Source: a virus (taxonomy: Duplodnaviria > Caudoviricetes). From it: DNA of 31,453 bases. The notes under the pieces are model-generated. The model had not been told where the DNA came from, searched no databases, and was given only the letters and a program-made list of their open reading frames with translations. The first letter of the stretch is position 1. Every line of letters begins with the position of its first letter. Location: the IMG/VR virus record IMGVR_UViG_3300027744_000074, positions 1-31,453 of that record; one strand, given 5' to 3'. A program made the translations under genes and the position numbers. Below, piece after piece: positions 16,567 to 24,037 of the stretch.

Positions 16567-17142
16567 ATGAAAAAGAAAAATCCAGGCGAGAGTACAAAAT
16601 TAGGAGGTCCTTGGATTTCCATACCTACTTGGGTTGTCAAGTACATGAAAGGTGATTCTGTAGCTTTGCATGTTCTGACTTGTGCAATTGGTTATATGAA
16701 CACACATAACCAAACTTTATCCACAACCTATGACGTGTTGGCAAGAGATACTGGCTATAGCCGTAGAACAGTAATCAGGGCTATGCATCGTTTGGTTGAG
16801 ATTGGCGTCATCCGCAAAATTGTGAAGATGGGCAGACACGGTAAAAACATGCCTAATCTGTACGTAATTACGTACAATACTCCTGACGCAGAAGCCTTGC
16901 TTAATAGTGGTGACTCTAGTGACACTGGGGTATTTAGTAGTGACTCCAGAGACACCCCTGTAGTGACACCACGGACACTCATATTGAGTGACACCAGTGA
17001 CACCCAAATAAGAAAGAACAAATATAATAAGAATGAAAACCAAAGGGCAAAAGTAAAAATAAAAACTTTAGACCTATACTCAACCGATAGTCGGTGGGAC
17101 CGACAACGAAAACTTAACGACGGGAGTGTTAATCATGGGTAA
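16567..17142 (+). CDS. Winged-HTH replication initiator (replisome organiser, lambda O-like role)
   Basis: TYDVLARDTGYSRRTVIRAMHRLVEIGVI...NLYVI HTH_36-type pattern; contains tandem repeats; upstream of DnaC-like loader. Confidence 0.75.
   Translation: MKKKNPGESTKLGGPWISIPTWVVKYMKGDSVALHVLTCAIGYMNTHNQTLSTTYDVLARDTGYSRRTVIRAMHRLVEIGVIRKIVKMGRHGKNMPNLYVITYNTPDAEALLNSGDSSDTGVFSSDSRDTPVVTPRTLILSDTSDTQIRKNKYNKNENQRAKVKIKTLDLYSTDSRWDRQRKLNDGSVNHG
16859..16876. repeat. Perfect 18-bp palindrome TGTACGTAATTACGTACA
   Basis: Read directly; lies 32 bp before the iteron array inside the initiator gene. Confidence 0.9.
16909..17070 (+). repeat. Putative replication origin: four 17-bp iterons plus A-rich unwinding tract
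   Basis: GGTGACTCTAGTGACAC (16909), AGTGACTCCAGAGACAC (16939), AGTGACACCACGGACAC (16962), AGTGACACCAGTGACAC (16987); A-rich strand-asymmetric tract about 17005-17070. Confidence 0.75.
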
Positions 17143-17302
17143 AGGTATGCGATGGATGTGGGAATACAACGAAAAAGAAATGAACGACAAAGGTAAAGAA
17201 GTGCTCGTACCTAAACTGTCATTAGTGCCTATTGAGAACGGTAAAAAAATTAGAGTGAAGTACATTGTTGACAAAGGTAAAAAGAGTTTGGTTAATGATT
17301 GA
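17135..17302 (+). CDS. Small hypothetical protein, 55 aa (not in ORF track)
   Basis: GGGAG SD then ATG 17135: MGKGMRWMWEYNEKEMNDKGKEVLVPKLSLVPIENGKKIRVKYIVDKGKKSLVND; overlaps both neighbours by 8 nt and fills the gap exactly. Confidence 0.7.
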   Translation: MGKGMRWMWEYNEKEMNDKGKEVLVPKLSLVPIENGKKIRVKYIVDKGKKSLVND

Positions 17303-17693
17303 TGACTGGGGCGGCAAAACACTAGGTGCTGACGAACCAGCAAGTAAACCAGTAATCAAAAAGAAAAGTTCAACGACTGGTTTGGTTAATTATTTTAAGG
17401 ACACCACAGTCAGTACTAACATGACTTTAAACGCGCCAGTTAACGGCATGGCTTTAATGAAAATATTTAAAGGACTGCAAGACAAGGGAATAAGTATTGA
17501 TCAAATTTATAAAATGATTGATGTGTTTGCACATGAAATTAGACAAACACCATTGCCACAAGATGTACCGACTTGGAAAGGGTTTGCATCTCGGTTAGAT
17601 TCATTAAAGAAAAAAGTAGATACTCCTTTGACAAAGTACGATTACTCCGAATACACTGTTGACAAACGATTGAGAAAAGGTAACCATGAGTGA
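17295..17693 (+). CDS. Hypothetical protein in replication-initiation cluster
   Basis: ATG 17295 overlaps the stop of the small ORF (ATGATTGA); coupled to the DnaC-like gene. Confidence 0.6.
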   Translation: MIDDWGGKTLGADEPASKPVIKKKSSTTGLVNYFKDTTVSTNMTLNAPVNGMALMKIFKGLQDKGISIDQIYKMIDVFAHEIRQTPLPQDVPTWKGFASRLDSLKKKVDTPLTKYDYSEYTVDKRLRKGNHE

Positions 17694-18336
17694 ATGGCAT
17701 TCCGCAAAGTATTGGCGCAATAGACAACCTGAAGAGCGGTTAAAGAACGCACACATACCTAAACGTTTTATTAAAAAAACTTTAGAGGATTACAACACAG
17801 ATTTAGGTAGTCCCGACGTAATTACATATGTTGGTCAGTGGATGGACAACATTCAGCACAACAGAGAGTGCGGAGAAGGCTTGTATTTTTTTGGCGGTTC
17901 GGGAAGTGGCAAGACGCATGTTGCGTGTGGGTTGCTTCGGGAGCTGTTGTTAACTCACCCAATTAGTGGTTTTTTTATTACGGCTGAAAAATTTGTTGAA
18001 GCGTCATACGACGAGATGAATCCCGACAACACTTTGTCGGACATGTATTCAGACGAGCACATGCTGAAGTACATTAATTCCGTTTATGACATTCTAGTTT
18101 TAGACAACCTTGGTTCAGAACGGATGACTGACTTTACAAAAAAAACAATTACATCTATGTTGAACAGCCGCTACGAGCAACAACTGATTACAATTATTAC
18201 TAGTGAAATTCCATTATCGCGTTTAAGTGATATCTATGGACCACGTGTCAAATCTATCCTTAGCGAATGCTGTTGCGTCTTGCCTTTTCTAGGAAAAGAT
18301 TACAGGTTATTGGACCCACAGTATGCAGGGGAATGA
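17686..18336 (+). CDS. dnaC: DnaC/IstB-like AAA+ helicase loader
   Basis: AHIPKRF...LEDY; Walker A GGSGSGKT; Walker B ILVLDNLGSE; RYEQQLITIITS; GKDYR. Confidence 0.88.
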   Translation: MSEWHSAKYWRNRQPEERLKNAHIPKRFIKKTLEDYNTDLGSPDVITYVGQWMDNIQHNRECGEGLYFFGGSGSGKTHVACGLLRELLLTHPISGFFITAEKFVEASYDEMNPDNTLSDMYSDEHMLKYINSVYDILVLDNLGSERMTDFTKKTITSMLNSRYEQQLITIITSEIPLSRLSDIYGPRVKSILSECCCVLPFLGKDYRLLDPQYAGE

Positions 18337-18763
18337 TTTAGCAGCTTTTGCGCCAATTTCTCAAGCAACTATGTTTGAGGGGGTCTTGGCTTCAGAGCCA
18401 GAAGGGTTAATAAAAATTAGAGCACGCGCTGATCTTGTTAGTAAAAATTGGGGGCATTACATCTCTTTGTGGAAGACTAACGAGATTCCAATTAAGCATG
18501 CAATTGATTTAATTAACAGATATAACGTGGGGATAGTTGTTTATACCTTGTTGCCCGACTATCTTGTTGACAGCATTGAGAAGTGGTTAAGCAGAAAAGG
18601 GATATCAACAACGGTCACGGCGTTTAAATCTATTGAAGAGTTAGCATACGACCTTAGATTTTTTCCGTCAATACAGAAGGTGTATACGGCAGATGAAGAG
18701 CAAGCAAAGATTATTGGAATCAGGTCCACGGTGGTTACGCCCAAGACTGCGTGGTCTGCCTAA
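18323..18763 (+). CDS. Hypothetical protein (possibly degenerate HAD-like fold)
   Basis: Translationally coupled between dnaC and dnaB; MFEGVLA resembles a degenerate HAD motif I. Confidence 0.45.
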   Translation: MQGNDLAAFAPISQATMFEGVLASEPEGLIKIRARADLVSKNWGHYISLWKTNEIPIKHAIDLINRYNVGIVVYTLLPDYLVDSIEKWLSRKGISTTVTAFKSIEELAYDLRFFPSIQKVYTADEEQAKIIGIRSTVVTPKTAWSA

Positions 18764-20022
18764 TGGCTAGTGCTGAGCACCTCTTAATTAGCAAAGTAAT
18801 TCAGACTAAAGATTTAACTGTTGCGCTAAAAGCTGGAATTAAAGAAGACCACTTCACTGCAGAGTGGTCCAAAGTTTGGGCGTGGACTTTAACTTTTTGG
18901 CGAGATCACGGAGAAGTTCCCTCCAAGCGAGCACTGAGTCAAGAGTTTGGGGACATTCGGTTAATCACCGCCGAAGACGAACCCTTTACAGCACTAATTG
19001 ATGAAGTTTACGGAGCGTATCGCCATCGTAATTTGTTAGAAGCAATGGCTCTTGCAATGCCATCGTTGGAAGCTGGCGATACTGCTAAAGCATTACTTGA
19101 TCTCACGACAGGCGTTCAGAAAGCATCTGCTGAAACAGCACGGTTGCGGGATATTAACTTGATTGAAACGTGGGAAGCACGAATAAGCAAGTACAAAGAA
19201 CTGCAAAGCACACCTAACGCCTTGCGAGGAATCCCCACAGGGTTACTTGGTTTAGACAGAATTACATCCGGTTTTAGACCACAGCAACTAATTACGTTTG
19301 TAGGTGAAGCCAAAAAAGGTAAGTCACTAATGACTCTCATCATGGCCAACGCTGCTCACCTTCATGGTAAAGCGCCATTGTTTGTTTCGTTTGAGATGTC
19401 TGCGGAAGAGCAAGCAGCACGATACGACGCAATTGTTTCTAAAGTTGCTTATACCAACATCTTGCGTGGCTCACTTACGGATAACGAGTTACAAAAGATT
19501 TCCGACACACTACGCATGCGTAAAAACATGCACCCATTTGTTGTAACTGAAGACACATCATCGTTGACTACAGTTAGTGCGCTTGCTGCAAAAGTAAAAG
19601 AATTTAAACCTGACATCTTGTTTGTTGACGGTGTGTATCTAATGGACGACGAGAATGGTGAGCCAAAGGGTTCTCCACAAGCGCTTACAAACATCACCAG
19701 GTCTTTAAAACGTTTGGCGCAAAACGCAGACATTCCGGTTATTGGCACCACTCAGGTCCTGTCTTGGAAACTTGGTAATAAAAAGTCTCGCAAGATTACT
19801 GCCGACTCTATCGGCTACACATCTTCGTTTGCCCAAGACTCAGACCTCATCATAGGTGTTGAGTCAGACCCTGACATTGACAACCAATCAATCATTCGTG
19901 TAGTGCTTGCTCGCTCAGCACCCCTAGGTGAAATTCGTATTAACTGGGATTGGAAGAACATGGACTTTACAGAAGTAGGAGAGGACGATGGCGATGATGA
20001 CAGCGATTCATGGTACTACTGA
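18763..20022 (+). CDS. dnaB: DnaB-like replicative helicase
   Basis: GIPTGLLGLDRITSG, Walker A GEAKKGKS, FVSFEMS, LFVDGVYLM, SLKRLAQ, QDSDLII; TAATG coupling gives ATG 18763. Confidence 0.93.
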   Translation: MASAEHLLISKVIQTKDLTVALKAGIKEDHFTAEWSKVWAWTLTFWRDHGEVPSKRALSQEFGDIRLITAEDEPFTALIDEVYGAYRHRNLLEAMALAMPSLEAGDTAKALLDLTTGVQKASAETARLRDINLIETWEARISKYKELQSTPNALRGIPTGLLGLDRITSGFRPQQLITFVGEAKKGKSLMTLIMANAAHLHGKAPLFVSFEMSAEEQAARYDAIVSKVAYTNILRGSLTDNELQKISDTLRMRKNMHPFVVTEDTSSLTTVSALAAKVKEFKPDILFVDGVYLMDDENGEPKGSPQALTNITRSLKRLAQNADIPVIGTTQVLSWKLGNKKSRKITADSIGYTSSFAQDSDLIIGVESDPDIDNQSIIRVVLARSAPLGEIRINWDWKNMDFTEVGEDDGDDDSDSWYY

Positions 20023-20917
20023 TCTAGCAGATGTCTTAAAAAGTTTAGGCGTTGACGTTCTTCGCATTGGCGATACAGAAATTTCTGCTAGATGTCCAGT
20101 GCATGCAAACAGAACTGGTAAAGCCGACAGGTCTCCGTCGTGGTCAATGAATGCTTCTAATGGTTTATGGATTTGTTATTCATGTGGCGCTAAAGGTACA
20201 CTCTCTCATCTTGTTTCAGAACTAACAGGTGAACCAGATTCTATTGTTGCTGTTCATGAGTTTTTAATACACAACGGATTAACTAGGTTAAGTAACCCAG
20301 TAGTGGTTGAACCACCCCCACCAATTGTAGATTGGATGGCGTTCAGTAAGTTTTCTGTGCCATCCGATGACTTGTTAGCAAGCAGGAACCTAGACAGAGA
20401 AGCAGTACGTCGGTATGGCGTACGTTGGGACAAGACAACAAAAGCATGGGTTATTCCAATTGTGTCTCCACTTGGCGAATTGCTTGGATGGCAGTCCAAA
20501 TCTAAAACTAAAGTTTTGAATTACCCAATAGGGGTTTCTAAATCAAGCACGCTGTTTGGTTTAGACAAAGCAGATTGCGATACTTGCATTTTGGTTGAGT
20601 CTCCACTTGATGTTGTGCGGATACACACAGCAATAGATGGCTGTTGCGGGCTAGCATCGTTTGGTGCGCACATCAGCAAAACACAAATTTCATTACTTGC
20701 TAATCATGTAAATAAGTTAGTTATTGCATTGGACAATGATTCTGCAGGTATTGCAGCAGCTCAAAAATTAAAAGATAAGTTGCCTGCATTTAGGACCCCA
20801 GTTCTTTGGGCAAAGTATTCCCACACGGATGCAAAAGATATTGGTGACATGACTGACGCTGAGGTTTATGAATCTATTTCTCAAGCGTCAATTTTCCCGT
20901 GGTGGTTGCATGTTTAA
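19988..20917 (+). CDS. dnaG: DNA primase (CHC2 zinc finger + TOPRIM)
   Basis: CPVH...CYSC zinc finger; LVESPLD; IALDNDSAG; KDIGD. Confidence 0.92.
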   Translation: MAMMTAIHGTTDLADVLKSLGVDVLRIGDTEISARCPVHANRTGKADRSPSWSMNASNGLWICYSCGAKGTLSHLVSELTGEPDSIVAVHEFLIHNGLTRLSNPVVVEPPPPIVDWMAFSKFSVPSDDLLASRNLDREAVRRYGVRWDKTTKAWVIPIVSPLGELLGWQSKSKTKVLNYPIGVSKSSTLFGLDKADCDTCILVESPLDVVRIHTAIDGCCGLASFGAHISKTQISLLANHVNKLVIALDNDSAGIAAAQKLKDKLPAFRTPVLWAKYSHTDAKDIGDMTDAEVYESISQASIFPWWLHV

Positions 20918-22454
20918 GGGCAACCTGTACCCGTTTCAACAAGAAGCTTCTGAAGCTATGACGGACCGTGGGCAGATGTTGCTGGCGTTAGTCATGGGCG
21001 CTGGTAAAACTATTACAACACTTGCAGCATTAGAAACACTAAAAGATCAGGGTGAAATAAAGAAAACTTTAATTGTTGTTCCATCATCTCTAAAGTATCA
21101 ATGGGAACGTGAAATTAAAAAGTTTACTGATTCTTCATGCATGGTTGTGGACGGCACTATAAGCACAAGAAAAAAACAATGGAGAGCATCCCTTAGCGCT
21201 ACCTATGTAATTATTAACTCAGAATCTTTGAAAAATGATTTGGCTGATTTTGAAAAACATACGTTTGACGCAATGGTTGTTGATGAAGCCACCATAATTA
21301 AATCAGCAAAAGCTAGACGGTCTCGGTTAATAAAACGAATTGGAAAAAGATACCATTACCGTTTTGCATTGACTGGTCAGCCTATTGAAAACCGCCCTGA
21401 AGAATTGTTTTCTATTATGGAATATGTAGACCCAAAAATATTGGGAAAAGTTGATCTTTTTGATAGAACTTTTATTGTACGAGACAGGTTTGGTAAGCCA
21501 AGTCGTTACCGTAACCTAAAACAGTTACACAAGAGCATGGAAGGCATAATGATTCGCAAAACGCGAGAAGACATTGCCGACCAACTTCCACAAGTTATAC
21601 AACAAGTTATACCCGTACCCTTTGACACAGCGGGTGCTGTGGTTTATCGGAAAATTGCAAACGATTTGTTGAACTCAATTCAAAAAGCCATTTCTCAAAC
21701 AGGTAGAGGGTTTGATATTTGGAGTCACTATTACGGGTCGTCTGGAAACAAAGAAGCGCAAGGCGACATTATGTCTAAGTTAATTGTTTTGCGTATGTTT
21801 TGTGACAACCCAGAACTTGTACATTGGTCAGCAAAAATGTACGCCGACGCATCCACCGACCACGGAAGTGAGTACGCAAACAAACTCATTAACCAAGGAA
21901 TTTTACCGCCGACGTCAGGAACTCCAAAGTTAGAAGCAGTAGTGCAATACATTACAGATGTTTTGGAACAATCGCCAAACAACAAAGTTGTGTTGTTTTC
22001 GTTCTTTAAAGAAAACTTACGGTTAATACAACAAGCAACCAAACACATAACGCAAAGCGTGTTGTTTATGGGCGGTATGACTATGTTAGACCGGGATGAA
22101 TCCAAACAAAAGTTTTCGCAAGACCCTAAAATTCGTTTGTTTTTGTCATCAGACGCTGGAGGGTATGGCGTTGACCTACCTGTTGCCAACTACCTAATCT
22201 CATATGACCTCCCTTGGTCAGCAGGTAAGCTTGACCAAAGAGAAGCCCGAATTATTAGACTCTCTTCGGAATTTCCACACGTAAACGTTGTTTCATTTGT
22301 TATGAAAGGTAGCATTGAAGAACGACAATACGAAATGTTACAAGAAAAAAGAAATATTAACAAAGCGTTTATAGATGGTGGATATGACACCAAGGGCGAC
22401 TATAAACTTACTTTGGGAGCACTATCCGATTTCATAGCACACAGCGAGGTATGA
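20910..22454 (+). CDS. SNF2-family (SF2) helicase/ATPase
   Basis: LYPFQ, MGAGKT, VVDEA, LTGQPIEN, GGYGVDL, QREARIIR; ATG 20910 overlaps primase end. Confidence 0.92.
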   Translation: MFKGNLYPFQQEASEAMTDRGQMLLALVMGAGKTITTLAALETLKDQGEIKKTLIVVPSSLKYQWEREIKKFTDSSCMVVDGTISTRKKQWRASLSATYVIINSESLKNDLADFEKHTFDAMVVDEATIIKSAKARRSRLIKRIGKRYHYRFALTGQPIENRPEELFSIMEYVDPKILGKVDLFDRTFIVRDRFGKPSRYRNLKQLHKSMEGIMIRKTREDIADQLPQVIQQVIPVPFDTAGAVVYRKIANDLLNSIQKAISQTGRGFDIWSHYYGSSGNKEAQGDIMSKLIVLRMFCDNPELVHWSAKMYADASTDHGSEYANKLINQGILPPTSGTPKLEAVVQYITDVLEQSPNNKVVLFSFFKENLRLIQQATKHITQSVLFMGGMTMLDRDESKQKFSQDPKIRLFLSSDAGGYGVDLPVANYLISYDLPWSAGKLDQREARIIRLSSEFPHVNVVSFVMKGSIEERQYEMLQEKRNINKAFIDGGYDTKGDYKLTLGALSDFIAHSEV

Positions 22455-22455
22455 C

Positions 22456-22875
22456 ATGAGTAAAATTATTAGACAACAACCCGAAACAACTTTAGATGAA
22501 GCGTACGTTAGTAAACTTGTTAGCGAATTTCAAAACCACAAAACCATGTTGGAAGCAACACAAAAACGTTTAGACGGTTTTAAAAAAGAATTGACAGAAG
22601 TTCTTGAAGCACACGGTAAGCCTGACGAAAAAGGAAACCTGTGGATCAACCTTCCGGCGTGTGAGATTAAAAGAGAACGCCGTATTTCCAAAACGTTTAA
22701 CGCATCTGCTGCAGAGGCTTGGGCAAAAGAAAACGGTTTTTGGGACACTGTTAAAGAAGTTATTGAAACCATTAGCGAAGACCGTTTGCTTGGTCTAGCA
22801 TGGGACAGTGCCGATATCCAAGAAAAAGTTAAATCATTTTATGTTGAGAAGGAAACGTGGGCACTAAAGGTATAG
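22456..22875 (+). CDS. Hypothetical phage protein (coiled-coil N-terminus)
   Basis: GAGGT SD; 139 aa charged protein in replication operon. Confidence 0.55.
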   Translation: MSKIIRQQPETTLDEAYVSKLVSEFQNHKTMLEATQKRLDGFKKELTEVLEAHGKPDEKGNLWINLPACEIKRERRISKTFNASAAEAWAKENGFWDTVKEVIETISEDRLLGLAWDSADIQEKVKSFYVEKETWALKV

Positions 22876-23282
22876 AGGACTACCCTGGAAAACGTCCACC
22901 AAAGAACAGGACTACACGCAAGCCTAAAAAGCTTGATGACCCTTTTTTTGGCGTCAAATCTTCTCACTACGTAATTAAAGGCGAACGAGTTGAAGTGTTT
23001 ACAATTGGGCAACTAGCCAAAGTGTTAGGTAAGAAAACAGGGACGGTAAGGTCGTGGGAAACAAAGGGAATTATTCCTAAACCCATATACAGAACCGCCC
23101 CACCAAACCGTGGGCAACTTCCTGGGGTAGAAGCAAAAGGTAGGAGGATTTACACACGAAAGCAGGTAGACTTGATAGTGTTAGCAGTGAACACAATACT
23201 TGAGGGCAAAGACCCAAGAGTTGTGACAGCTGATAATTGGAATAAATTAAAGCAATACATAAAAGACAACTGGAAAAAATAA
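22857..23282 (+). CDS. MerR-type HTH DNA-binding protein
   Basis: FTIGQLAKVLGKKTGTVRSWETKGIIP...RRIYTRKQV; GAGAAGG SD before GTG. Confidence 0.8.
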   Translation: MGTKGIEDYPGKRPPKNRTTRKPKKLDDPFFGVKSSHYVIKGERVEVFTIGQLAKVLGKKTGTVRSWETKGIIPKPIYRTAPPNRGQLPGVEAKGRRIYTRKQVDLIVLAVNTILEGKDPRVVTADNWNKLKQYIKDNWKK

Positions 23283-23314
23283 AACACAAACACAAACACA
23301 AAGGACAAAAACAA
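23282..23314 (+). repeat. (AAACAC)x3 unstructured A/C leader with AAAGGA SD before the SSB gene
   Basis: AAACACAAACACAAACAC at 23282-23299; leader contains no T and only the two SD G residues. Confidence 0.8.
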
Positions 23315-24034
23315 ATGCCAAATAAATACGACGAAGACTTTGACACAGACGAAGTAGAATTTGATTCGCCTGTCAAAGTTGAAACAAAGAAAGAATCACT
23401 TACTCAAAAAGAGCGAGTAGAAACACCAGTGGCTAATCCTGGAAAGAAAAACGTAATCAACCGTGGTTGGGGTGCAGCACAAAAAGTGCAAGAATCAACC
23501 TCAGCGTTTGCTCAACGTTTTAAAGTTACAGAAGACCCACAAATTATTAAGTTCCTAGAGGACGAACCTTATGCATCGTTTCGCACACACTGGATTGATG
23601 GCCGCGCTGGTCAGAAGTCTTTTGTTTGTTTGGCTGATCATCCTGAAGGTTGCCCACTTTGTGACGCAGGTAATCGCCCATCAACTAAGTTTGCTTTCAA
23701 CATTGCAGTACTTGGAGAAGAGGGAGACTTATCAGTTAAGTCATTTGAGGTTGGCGTTCGTTTAATTGACCAACTTAAAAACTTCCACACAGACCCTCGT
23801 CAAGGTCCATTGTCTAAAAACTATTGGGCAGTATCCAAAACTGGCAAGGGTGCACAAACACAAACCATTCTTCAAATGGTGCGTGAACGTGACTTGTCAG
23901 AGTGGTCAATGGTTGGTTACACAGATGAGGACATGGCTGTGCTTAAGCGCAACTGCTACACACCTGAAATTATTTCAATACCAACACGTTCAGAACTTTT
24001 GGACATTGCATCCGAGATTAACGACGCAAGGTAA
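23315..24034 (+). CDS. Single-stranded DNA-binding protein, T4 gp32-like
   Basis: IIKFL...FRTHW...FVCL...CPLC Zn site, FAFNIAV, SKTGKG; directly upstream of the polymerase. Confidence 0.7.
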   Translation: MPNKYDEDFDTDEVEFDSPVKVETKKESLTQKERVETPVANPGKKNVINRGWGAAQKVQESTSAFAQRFKVTEDPQIIKFLEDEPYASFRTHWIDGRAGQKSFVCLADHPEGCPLCDAGNRPSTKFAFNIAVLGEEGDLSVKSFEVGVRLIDQLKNFHTDPRQGPLSKNYWAVSKTGKGAQTQTILQMVRERDLSEWSMVGYTDEDMAVLKRNCYTPEIISIPTRSELLDIASEINDAR

Positions 24035-24037
24035 CTA

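Noticed and set aside
16909-17003. Repeat array as a mini-CRISPR, given the Cas4-like gene
   Set aside because: Units are 17 bp, degenerate, separated by only 6-13 bp and lie inside a CDS; no cas1/cas2. Fits iterons.
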